A DNA stretch of 64,000 nt from Eledone cirrhosa (Eukaryota), in the NCBI GenBank assembly GCA_964016885.1, contig OZ024743.1, positions 312,852,001-312,916,000 on the forward strand. Reading direction: 5' to 3'. Shown here piece after piece: positions 11,962-25,274 of the stretch (position 1 is its first letter; every line of letters begins with the position of its first letter). A program made the position numbers and the translations under genes. A model generated the notes under the pieces. That model saw only the letters and a program-made list of their open reading frames with translations. It had not been told where the DNA came from and searched no databases.

Positions 11962-14900
11962 GCCTGATGGAGCCCAGTCCCCTCCAAGTGGTTTAAGGCT
12001 ATTTTCTCTGCTAAAGCAAGGGTTAGTTTTGTGGACTCTAATATAGATTTCATACTCATCATGGGGTCCTTTTTGAGACAATGTTTACCAGACAGATGCT
12101 CTTTCTGGCATCAACCATTTTAGGTATCTCTTACGACAGACAGGAATACAGTGTACTTATTCTAAACCACATACATACACACACAGCATATCTATACTGT
12201 ACATGTGAGATAAATCTTGATATCATTGTAAGTGGCTGAAGGTGGTTTTATGAGGGTTGGTATAAAAGAGTTAATATTTGTAAATGATATTGTCCAAGAA
12301 CGACCAAGTCCAAAAACTAATTCATATGCATAAAAGAAATATCTCTAAGTTCTGTAAGTTGTATGTTAATTAAAGTTGATATGCTGGTTACTTGCATTAA
12401 GTTTTATTGCTTAGAACAAGCAGTTCAATATCTAATTAAATGTGCAAATTAGCTAATTATATATTCAAATCTAAAATATGAAAATTAGGCACACTAATTA
12501 TTTAAATGAGTTACATTTCTCAATAAACTTTTTATTCAGTTTACCATATTTGAACAGAACTATATTGTCTGTCAGTAGAAACTTGTTTCAATAAGATATA
12601 CACAAATACTGCAGCTAGTATTTCTTTATGTGTGTGCTATAACCACACGTGTGTATGTATATGCCTGTATATATATATATGTATATTATATATATATATA
12701 TATATATACACATACATACACATTCACATACATATACACTTTGCTTTTTACAGTTCTGTCAGTGAGAGAATGGCCCTTTTCAGAACCTCTAAGACAGGTC
12801 AAAAGAGGGAAGATAACCTCAAACTGGAAACATGGCCACAAATACTTGCAACAGAGTGGACTCCACTAGAAGCACCCAAAAGCCAGGAAGTGACAGTAAA
12901 CAGGCATATATTTCAATACAAGGAATATTTATGGAACAGTAGACTGTGTAAAGTGTAGGAATGTATTTGAGCAAAATGTGGCACTTGGACCATCTGTTAG
13001 AACAGAGGCTCCAATCGAGTACAACTTATGCTAACATGGAAAAGTGGCCATTAAACAATGATGATGATGATGATGATGATAATGATGGTGGTGATGATTA
13101 TGATGATTCCCATAAAAACTTGAACAAAAAAAATGTCATTAAATGCAAATATAATAATCCTGATATATTTGGTTAGGAAGGAAAAGAAAAATGATTTTAC
13201 AATCATAGAGGTCAGCTTCCTTACAGATGTGAACATTTCTTCAATAATCTGAGAGAAAGAGAATATTTAGAGAACTTCTTGGAGACCTACAGCTTCTCTA
13301 TCTAAATGATACAGTTGGTTGTTTTTTTGTTTTTTTGTTTTTTTCATTAGTTTACGTGGTAGATTTGGAAAATGGAGCAGTACTTATTGCCTTCACAAGC
13401 CCTCTGAGACCATAGAAATCAATATTGTTGACATTCTGTTTAGTGGCAAGACTGCTCCTTCAGGAAAGTCATGAGTAGAGAGGAGGCAGGAGTTCCAGAT
13501 GGCTGACATTCTGGACAGAAAAGATGGTCAATAGTGGTTTGTGTGAGGTCAAGGGATGTAGTTTGACACAACATTGGCTCCCCTAACTATCTAAAAGTCA
13601 AAAGTCTGTCTTGACCCTGCAGGCTCATCAGACAGGTTCTTCTCTTGATTTCCGTGGTTTGAAGCAACTAAGAGTACATGCCATCCCCCTGGACAGGATA
13701 CCAGTCCATTACAGGGTTAAACCCCACAGCTATTGCTGGTATTCATTTTCAGCTGAGTATACTGGAGCAATGTGAAATGAAGTGTTTTGCTAAAGAACAC
13801 AACACAGTACAGCAATCAAACCCACAATATTATGATCATAAGTCCAACATCCTTACTACTAGGCCACATGTTTCCACTAACTATATTAGTAGTTATCTAA
13901 GTGGTAATCTTGAATCATTAAGGTTTTCATTCAAAAATAGTGACCAGGTAATACAAACTTTACTAATACAATTTGTAAGAGGAACAGCAAAATTATGAAA
14001 GATTTTTCTAAAATTCAACATGTAACTCTAAAGGAACATTCTTTCTTTAGAGGAGGAATTCAAATATTAAAAAAAAAGTAAAGATAGCATACATATTCAT
14101 ATATATATATATTCATATACCATAATAAATATATACATGTTAAAGGTGCAGATAGATACTGAAATAAAGTAAAATCCAAATAGATGGCCCTCTTCATTTT
14201 GGTTAACTCTCAGAGCCTCTAGATTGTAACACTCAGAATCTTCCAGCAACACTACAAGTTAATTAAAACAAAGAGAGCCCTTTGGATGGATGAATATCAC
14301 CCCATGCCAGCATGGAAAAACAGATATTAAATGATAATTGTTTCTACTTTTTGGCACAAGGCCAGCAATTACCCAGTGCATTACTGGTATGATAATGATG
14401 AATAGTGATTATATATATATATATATTATATCCAAAATTAAATTAAGGGTGTCATGTCTGAGACATGCGCCATATCCACTGTAGAATATGCTTTGAGCAT
14501 ATTCTACAGTGGATATGGCGCATGACACGCTTAATTTAATTTTGGATATATATACGGCCCCTTAATTGTAGAGCTAACTCAGTTGAAAGGACTCAGCTGC
14601 TATTTCTAGCTGTCGATAATCCTATTCACGCCACTGGGATGACGCTGGTACGATGAGTGTATTTTTTTAAAAATGCAACATGTGCAACGGGTCATTCGAA
14701 GATTTGCATTTGCTGTGTAAACACAGATAGTTAAATCTTCTCCCTTGTTGAAAATCCGGGATTTGACTACTGTGATTTACGGATTAATGGTGAAATATAT
14801 TACTTTAATGAAATATATACAAGGAAGATTAATCATTTTAAAAGGTATCTATATTTGAAGTTCTAGTTAAATTTTAATTAGTTACCTACCTAGCTGTGTG

Positions 14901-15307
14901 TGCTTGCACACTTTAAAAATTATCCCCTGTGATTGTTTCATGTGTTTATTTTAGATATATATATATGTCAATCAAATTTTAGTTGATATATATATATATG
15001 TAGAAGTTATATTTAAATTGTTGGGATACAACAAGCAAATATTTTTATAACTGATATAAAGCACTCAACACATTATTGGAGTAAAAATACGATATATTAA
15101 CAAATGGAAACTATATTTATAAAACCATATTTATTTCATTATACATATTTCAAGGACACCAAGTCAAATTATATTTATTTATAAAACTGATCTATATTAT
15201 ATTTTATCTGATGAAAGCGCACCATAATTTGACTTGGTGTCCTTGAAATATGTATGATGAAATAAATTTGGTTTTATAAATATAGTTTCCATTTGTTAAT
15301 ATATCGT

Positions 15308-15399
15308 ATATATATATATATATAATACATATATATATATATATAATACATATATATATATATATATATATATAATACATATATATATATATATATATA

Positions 15400-15433
<34 letters not shown>

Positions 15434-15636
15434 CATATATATATATAATACATATATATATATATAATACATATATATATATAATACATATATATATATA
15501 ATACATATATATATATATAATACATATATATATATATAATACATATATATATATAATACATATATATAATACATATATATAATACATATATATATATAAT
15601 ACATATATATATATAATACATATATATATATAATAC

Positions 15637-15667
<31 letters not shown>

Positions 15668-16261
15668 ATATAATATATATATAATACATATATATATTAT
15701 ATATATAATACATATATATATTATATATATAATACATATATATATTATATATATAATACATATATATATTATATATATAATACATATATATATTATATAT
15801 ATAATACATATATATATTATATATATAATACATATATATATTATATATATAATACATATATATATTATATATATAATACATATATATATTATATATATTA
15901 TATATATAATACATATATATATTATATATATAATACATATATATATTATATATATAATACATATATATATTATATATATAATACATATATATATTATATA
16001 TATAATACATATATATATTATATATATAATACATATATATATTATATATATAATACATATATATATTATATATATAATACATATATATATTATATATATA
16101 ATACATATATATATTATATATATAATACATATATATATTATATATATAATACATATATATATATAATACATATATATATTATATATATAATACATATATA
16201 TATTATATATATAATACATATATATATTATATATATAATACATATATTTATTATATATATA

Positions 16262-16299
<38 letters not shown>

Positions 16300-16320
16300 C
16301 ATATATTTATTATATATATA

Positions 16321-16356
<36 letters not shown>

Positions 16357-16440
16357 CATATATATATAATACATATATATATAATACATATATATATATA
16401 TATATATATAATACATATATATATAATACATATATATATA

Positions 16441-16483
<43 letters not shown>

Positions 16484-16531
16484 AATACATATATATATAA
16501 TACATATATATATATAATACATATATATATA

Positions 16532-16570
<39 letters not shown>

Positions 16571-16586
16571 AATACATATATATATA

Positions 16587-16631
<45 letters not shown>

Positions 16632-16647
16632 AATACATATATATATA

Positions 16648-16690
<43 letters not shown>

Positions 16691-16706
16691 AATACATATA
16701 TATATA

Positions 16707-16753
<47 letters not shown>

Positions 16754-16773
16754 AATACATATATATATAATAC

Positions 16774-16806
<33 letters not shown>

Positions 16807-16858
16807 AATACATATATATATAATACATATATATATATAATACATATATATATAATAC

Positions 16859-16895
<37 letters not shown>

Positions 16896-16917
16896 ATATA
16901 TAATACATATATATATA

Positions 16918-16960
<43 letters not shown>

Positions 16961-16963
16961 ATA

Positions 16964-17006
<43 letters not shown>

Positions 17007-17009
17007 ATA

Positions 17010-17052
<43 letters not shown>

Positions 17053-17055
17053 ATA

Positions 17056-17149
<94 letters not shown>

Positions 17150-17160
17150 ATATATATATT
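15308..17160. repeat. (TA)n-derived compound array with a 24-bp periodic core
   Basis: taatacatatatatattatatata repeated at ~15680-16150 (MYYIYNIY in the ORF track). Confidence 0.97.
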
Positions 17161-17216
17161 TGAGCAGTAGTAGTCTAACCCAATCAAAACATACCATGCT
17201 GGGGCACTGCCATTTG

Positions 17217-17248
<32 letters not shown>

Positions 17249-17307
17249 CAAATGGCAGTGCCCCAGCATGGCAGCAGTTTGTCAAGTGGAAAACATAATA
17301 GAACAAT

Positions 17308-18928
17308 ATCATCATCATCATCATCATCAGCGTTTAACGTCCGTGTTCCACGCTTGCATGGGTTTGGACGGGGGTAGTCCCACTTGAGGCAAGAGTGATT
17401 GTCTTGCTCGCATAGGACTGTCTGGCAGGTTTTCTACAGTTGGATGCCCTTCCTAACACCAACCACATTTACAGTGTGGGTCTGGGAGGTTTTTACCGTG
17501 TTGCCTACACGGCCACATTACAGCGTGGACTGTGTGTTTTTTTGTCGTGACACCTACACGATCTCATTTGTTTCGGCCTCGATGGCGCGGCACCAACATA
17601 ACTTTACATAGAACGGGGTGGTGTGGATCGGGTGGGGGTGGTGGGACGGGGTGTATTTGTTAGAGATGCCTACTGGCTGGAGTAGGTTTTACTATATATT
17701 TAGGTAAGGCGGGTCTTCTCTGTTACTGAGTACCGCCAAAGGTCTCGGTCCAGTGACATTGTCTTGGAGAGGTGTAAGTGTGTGATGTCGGAGTTTATCA
17801 GCTCGTCCCAGGTTTTTCTAGGTCTGCCTATTCCGTGACTACCGTCTATCTTTATTGCCCTGCACTTTGTTATACAGCTATCGACTTTCATGCGCATCAC
17901 GTGTCCATACCAACGTAGCCTTCTCTCGAGTAAACAACATCTGATCCCTCTTATCTCTAATTTATTCCTTAGTTCGTTTATGCTTTGCCGTTCACGTATA
18001 TTACTGTTACACATCCAGCGGAGCATGCAAGCTTCGTTCCTCTCTAGTCTGCGTATATCCTCTGCACACAATGCCCAGGTCTCACTGCCATGCAGCATTG
18101 CTGTTCGTATGCAGGCATCGTACAACCTGCCTTTCATTTTTAGTGAGAACCCTTTAGCAGCTAATAGTGGTATAAGCTCTCTGAACTTTTTCCAACCAGT
18201 TCTGACTCTAGCTACAGTACTTTCAGAGCACCCTCCCCCACTGCTGATTTTATCGCCCAGGTAACGGAAGCTGTCCACTATTTCTATAGAACCCTCTGCG
18301 CAATTGAAAGAGCTAGTAGTTTGTGGGCACTTGCTGCTACTTATTGCACCAGAGCACCGGCCACATGTAAAATCTATGTTCTTAGTTAGCCTACCTGTGA
18401 TCCCACTACATCTTTTATGCACCCATACTTTGCATTTAGGACATAAAATGGAGTTTCTACCTACGCCTTTCCTACACACCGAGCACGACCATTTCCCAGA
18501 AGGGACCGCCGCCTTGTTTTCTTTCCTACAAACTAGTACTTTGGTCTTAGCCAGGTTAATTTTAAGTCCTTTTGACTCTAGGCCGTGCTTCCATGTTTGG
18601 AATTTCTTCTCTAGCTCGGCCATTGATTCCGCTATGAGTGTCAGGTCGTCTGCGTATAGGAGTTCCCATGGGCAGCCTGTCTTGAACTCCTCTGTTATGG
18701 CCTGAAGGGCAATAATAAATAGTAGTGGACTGAGAACAGAGCCCTGATGGACGCCGACTTTTACGCTAAACTCTTCACTATATTCGTTGTTAATTCTAAC
18801 CTTGCTGACTGTTTCTTTATACATGGCTTGTATAGCCCTCACAAGCCATTCGTCAACGCCTAGTTTTCTAAGAGCCCACCAGATAATGGAGCGGGGGACT
18901 CTGTCGAAGGCTTTCTCCAAGTCGACAA

Positions 18929-18929
<1 letters not shown>
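17308..18929 (-). mobile_element. RTE-clade LINE, 5'-truncated, with an uninterrupted 406-aa RT ORF segment (17700-18920)
   Basis: FVDLEKAFDRV, GVHQGSVLSPLLF, LLYADDL, FRYLG, a PHD-like Cys-rich insert and RLRWYGHVMR...GRPRKTW; 3'UTR and (GAT)n tail at 17308-17328. Confidence 0.95.
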
Positions 18930-18986
<57 letters not shown>

Positions 18987-21273
18987 ATATATTTGAGCAG
19001 TAGTAGTCTAACGCAATCAAAACATATCTACATAAGATTAAGGAATCCACAAGTCTAATGAGCTATCAATTCCACAGTCAGGCATGATTGATACAGATTT
19101 TACCTTGAGCAGATCAATTGCAAAATGCAAATCACATGTAAATAAACATAATGATACTATATTGATACTTCATTCTTGTTCCCTATTATTATTTTCCTGC
19201 TGAAACATCTGGATCGTTGACTACAGCTGACAAAGGATTCTTTCTTCTTTTCTCCTCTTGTTCCGTCCAAACCACCATCCTAAACCTTGTTTCTAGTAAC
19301 CACACAGCTCCTTTCGTTTCTTATCAGTTTGTATATATATATATATATGTATATATATTTATTTTGATAGGGTTAGGCTACTATTGCTCACAACTATGGT
19401 CTTAAAAGCCCAGGCATTATCCATCAATTGGAGAGATTGCAAAAACATTCACAAAAAACAAGATGGTGATGGGGGACAGACCTTAACTACTGGGAATGCC
19501 ATTGCACATCATTAGTTATATCAAAGACATAGAAGTCTCCCTTGTGCTGATGCTACATAAAACACACTCAATACAAATTGTAAAGTGGAGAAATGTATAT
19601 AAACAAGATATGGCTCCCAGCCCATCTGAGACATCAGAAGTTTTGATTGAGTAATGACAGTCTATGATGACCCATCCAACCCTTGTTAGAGAAAATAGAC
19701 ATTACATGATAACGTTGTCCCTGCCATTCCCAACCTTAATTTTATAGACCTTAGCATAAACTTAGTTCCTTACTAGTTTCATTACTATTTCCTTACTGTT
19801 CATTACAAAATACCAGATTCCAGAGCCTTAGCCTTGCCATCACCCTCAGTAATGCTGTGAGCATGTTAGCTTGTCTCAAAAAGTTCTGATGACCCTTGTG
19901 GTGTGTGACTGACTGATGCACTTAAGTGTTGAATTGATGTTTTTTTTTTTCCCGCTTTGATTGTATTATATTTATAAGCTTCCTAGCAATAATTAATTGA
20001 TTATATGTATTTATATCTGATATAAATGTAATAAAAATTCTTTATATCTCATATATAACAAGCATTTTAAGGCTATTGATCCTGCTAAAGCAAGGATTAT
20101 CCTTACAGGACTTTATATTCAGCATGAAGTTCTTAAGGCAATTTTTACAGCTGGATGCTCTTCCTGGTGCCACTCCATTTAGTCACCTCTTATAACAAGC
20201 AAGAATAAAGTATACCTATTCTAAACCAGATTTACACGGTCATTGTTAAGTACAATATATATTATGTTTAATGTTTAATCTTTACATGCCACATGTTACG
20301 GCACCTTCTCTAGCAACAACCTGGTGCATTTGGCTACCAGCCCAGGCTTTGTTGCTCATGAGGCCAAAGAGGGCAAACTATCATAGTATTGACTGCTCTC
20401 TGACAGGCTTGTGGTTGAGCCTGAGGCAGCGGAAACTTCCAGCATTCTTAGCCCCTGGACCACATCCCTGCTCACTGCTACCGAAGCAAAGTTGGCTACC
20501 CACAGGTGAAAGCTCCAGCACAACTTCCTCACCATCCTCTGGGACAATGTCTTCTCCATCCAGTGAACCAGGATCACAAGGCTGACTGACCCTTGAACAG
20601 TGAGTGGTATATACAGATCACACACACACACACACACACAGAATAAGTATTTTGTAAGCATAACAAATTATAATGTACATTGACAGTGTGTTAGCTTGTG
20701 AAAGATCAATAATCAGTGACACATGATATATACAATTGTAATCTACTAAACTACACTGGAAATGCTAGAAATACAATAACATTTTTAAAAACTACTACTG
20801 TGTGTATCTGGTTTAGAATAGGTACTCCATATCTCTGAGTAAAGGTATGGAAACTAGTGATTAGAGTGGTGACTAATGATCATAAGTTTCGATGACTTGT
20901 TGCATCTTTGAGCAACCAACAAGCTTATTTAAACAGTTTATTAATCCTTTTCACATCAAACTACCTCTGATTCTACAATATTAAACTGTTAATTTTATGT
21001 AAGAACCTTTAAGTTGTTCCAAACACTAGCTTAATAATGAAAAATAGCATCACTAAATCCCTTCAAATTCTTAATTATTTTTAAATGATTTGAAAATGAT
21101 GGGTAGTAACTTTAACTAAAAATATGGTAACAATTAAGGGAAATAAAAAAAAATTAAAATACCAACGTGAAAAATGAAAAAACAAAATGGAATTGGTCAA
21201 TGACCTCTCTTTGAAATTGCTATAATGCATATATATGTACATAGAAAGAGTGAGAGAGCGAGAGATGTGTGTG

Positions 21274-21319
<46 letters not shown>

Positions 21320-24082
21320 TAACGAAGGAGATGTGGTAAGGAACCAGGTGGACCATAACGCACCAAAGTACTCAATACTTAGGGTAGTAGAGTGGGTAAT
21401 AGGAACGAGTAGGACCCCGACGGCTGAGCTCAAGCCGTTTCGAAACGGCTTGAGCTCAGCCGTCGGGGTCCTACTCGTTCCTATATACATATGTATATAT
21501 ATATATATATACACACATACATATATACATACATATATATATACATATATATACATATATATATATAACATATACATATATATATGTAACTGGCATACTG
21601 TACTGTACTATGGCAGCTGTGCAAATTATTAATTAAAGCATGTTTATAGATTACTTAAATAGCCAAATAAAATTTTAATATAAACTAATCAAAGCAAAAA
21701 CAATTAAAGAAACAACAACAGCAACAACAATAATAATAATAAACAAAAACACTTTAAATCGAAGAAATATCATCCCTGGTGCATTTAGTTAGTTACTTTG
21801 TTTTATTTTATTTCATTTTATTTTATAAAGATCCAATCTCTTGGTTGATAATCACTGAAGCATTGATTAAAAAAATTGATATGCTTCGGAACAACTAAGG
21901 TACCTTGGCTGACTGAATCAGTCACTTAAAGAACTGGTTGTCAGTTTGGTGTCTTGTCAAGCATTAACTGTTCCTAGATCTACTTGCCATAATATTACTA
22001 ATAGGTGAGAAGCATTTATGGAGGCATATACAATATTTTTTATGTATAATAAACATATTGTATATATTTCCATATATACCTCTATTCAGAATCACTTTGT
22101 GTTACTATTACTAATAATTGATACTTATTACTAATAGGTGAGAGGCATACATGGAAGCATATATAATATATTTTCTATGTATAACAAACATATTGTATAT
22201 ATTTCCATATATACATCTATTCAAAATCATTCTGTGTTAGTGCTACTACTAATTAAGCCTGCATTATATGCAAATGAGCATCACCAAAATTGTAATATTT
22301 ACAAAATCAATATACAACCTATTAGCATATTTACCTCAATATCAAGTGATTAAATATTATTCATGATGATGTTTGCATGCATGGTCTCATAACTACCGAT
22401 GAAGCTGTAGGGGTGCCATATTGACTTATAGCAATTCTAGGGCATTTTTTAAAGCTAGCAGAGCCCATCTCCTCTCCAGGTCTGAATACAGCAAATTTCT
22501 TCCAGAGAAGGATAGAGATTGGGAGAAAGGAAGTGAGAAAGAGATATAGTGGAAGAATCAACACCAATACTAGACTGGTACTTTTTTTATTGACCTCGAA
22601 TGGATGAGAGGCAAAGTTGACCTCAACGGGATTTGAATTCAGAGAGCCTAAATGAATATCACAAAGCATTCTATCCAATGTTCTAACAACTCTACCAATT
22701 TGTTGCTTTCATGATGGATAAAGATTCTCAAGTACTAGTATTTGACATTCTCACGTGGTTACTACATTAGCTGTCATCAGCAAGACTTATGAATATTTAT
22801 TATACATAAAAATATTGTACGTTTCCATACACACTTCTCTATTCTGAATCACACTGTTACTGCTACTGGTAATTAATACCTAGTTATAACAACCAGTCAA
22901 ATAAATACAAAATGTTATATAAGAATATACTTCAATAATTCTTAATGTGGTCACATGACATGCTTAACTTTGATAGACTCAAAGACAGAAAATTAAGAAT
23001 TTAGACAATCTAGGATGATATTTTAATTTTATTTTTTCTCTTTTTATAACAATTTGATACCATTTTGACCAAAACTGTCTCTGTTTCTATGAAACAAAAA
23101 GCATCCATTGTAATGGAGTGCTAATTAATTTTGATAATTAGTTAGTGATATTCCTAAATCCGTCAAATTTTTCATTGTTTTCAAAATTAACTGAAACACA
23201 TTGGTAATGTATTCCATGACCATATTTCTAATGGAATACACTTTGTAATTCTGACACATCTGGGACATGATTTTATATGAGAACCGTATTTTAATGAAAT
23301 AATTAATAATTTTAGTAAATCCTTCAAAATTCTGTATCAAATAATTGAAATAGAGTGTATGTCATTAGAAATATGGTGATGAAGGAGTTAATGCTTTTGT
23401 TACAATATTTCTAATGAAATACACAGCCATCATTATCATCATCGTTTTAGTGTCGGGCTGGTCAGGTCTAGCAGGGAAAGCAGATGTTAAATGTATTTCA
23501 ATTATGCTACAATATTTTTAATGAAATATAATGCTGATGTGTTTCAATTATTTTTGAAAATAATGAAGAATTTGGAGGCATTTTAGTATTACATAAAGTT
23601 ATGTAGGAATGTATTAATTTAAATATGAACACTTTAAAATGAACAACTTTATATTGTAGAACTAGTGACAATTTTATCCAAGTTGGTATTAAAAGAGTTG
23701 AATAAATTATGTAGAAAAGTTTCTGTTTTTATTATAACAATGACAAAAAGAAAGAGAACTACAGGATAAGAAAGAAAAAAGAGGTTGAGAGGGGTAAATT
23801 TCACAGCCTTGGCTGGACAGCATATCTTAGTTGTGATCCACACTCAATATGGTAAAAGCATTGCTGTAGAGAAAAGTCACATGGCTCGTTCCTCAGATAT
23901 GATGCACTTGTCCCGAGTTGGTGGGACCAAGAACATCAAAGGTAAATTTGTTTGAAAAAAATTTGATTTAATTTATGAAACAAATTTGAAGCAAACAACA
24001 ACAACAACAACAATAGCAACAGCCACAACAAATAACGTGCAGAATTACATCTAATCCATTTGCATTTGACCATAAAACTTAC

Positions 24083-24136
24083 AGTGACGTTTTGACCACT
24101 GAGATCTTTGACTTCCTTGCCACTCACAGGTACGGG
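24083..24136 (-). CDS. RIM: Candidate alternative RIM cassette exon (PVP, 9 nt; or PVPVSGKEVKDLSGQNVT, 54 nt)
   Basis: Pyrimidine tract tttttttctcattgattctgtcag| at 24137, then donors |gtgagt after 9 nt (24127) and |gtaagt after 54 nt (24082). Both forms are phase 0-0 and stop-free. Confidence 0.6.
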
Positions 24137-25274
24137 CTGACAGAATCAATGAGAAAAAAATACAAAGTGATGAAAATAATGAAGATTAGGTCAAAAAGAG
24201 CAAGGAAACAAAACAAAATAAGTCTGTCATTCACTTATGAGTGAGTTTCAATGTATACATGTATTTCCTTTATAACGTATCCACAAGGATTCCACAGAAT
24301 GTTCTCCTTCTCTCTATAATATCTCTGAATAATGAATAAAGAATAATAAAATAATATACTGCCACATGTTTTTCTATGAAAATACAGTGTGACTTATCTA
24401 CTGCTCCTACAATTCCTGAATTCAAAATATACATGATATATTGTAAATATTGTGTAAAATGAAGGTTGACATATTTACTGGACCTACAAATGCTGAATTC
24501 AAAATATACATGATGCATTGCAAATATCACATGTTAAATGGAAATGTGATTTATCTACTGGACCTACAAAATCTCAATTCCAAATATATGAGTCTTTGTA
24601 AATGTTGAATATAAAATGACAATGAGTGTAGGCAACAATTATAAAGGGTGAGTCATAGGTAAATGGGCAGTCCAACGTTTATATTCCAAATGATAATATT
24701 TACTAAAATTCTGGTCATACATTACGAAATTATAAATTCATCAAACAAATATAACCATGGCTGATCACACATAAATAAGTGGATGTTCAAAAAGCTATCT
24801 GTGAACCTTTCAATAAATATCTATTGACAACTCAGTTACTTATGACTCACTTCCCTGTAGTTTCTCTATTCCTTAGTTTGAAGATGGAGAATTGTTTCAA
24901 AAATGAATAGATTAAAGATCAAGTTAATGTGATAATGTTCAGTAAAGTTTGTTGCAAATTAATGTTTGAGAAAAAAAAACCATAAGCAGAAAGAGATTGA
25001 GAGGGTACAGTTAAACCAAATATTCTTTCTGTTGACACCCAACAAAAAGAATACTTGGTTTAACTGTCCCGTCTTATTCTCTTTCTGCTTATGATTTTTT
25101 TTCATTACAAAGGAAAAGAGCCATTCATTAGTCCGGACCAAGGAAATTATCTTTCCAATGGTCTTTCCATTGTTGGCACTTAATATCAGTCACAATTAGT
25201 AGGAGGTGGGATTTAAACTCAGAATAAACAAAACTGGATAAGATACTAAAAAGCATCCAGTTCAACTTTTTAAC

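Noticed and set aside
15208-15240. CTGATGA as a hammerhead core (also at ~19885 and ~55043)
   Set aside because: No stem II followed by GAAA and stem III/UH.
17890-18705. Plus-strand ORFs of 124 and 133 aa
   Set aside because: Antisense shadows of the RTE ORF.
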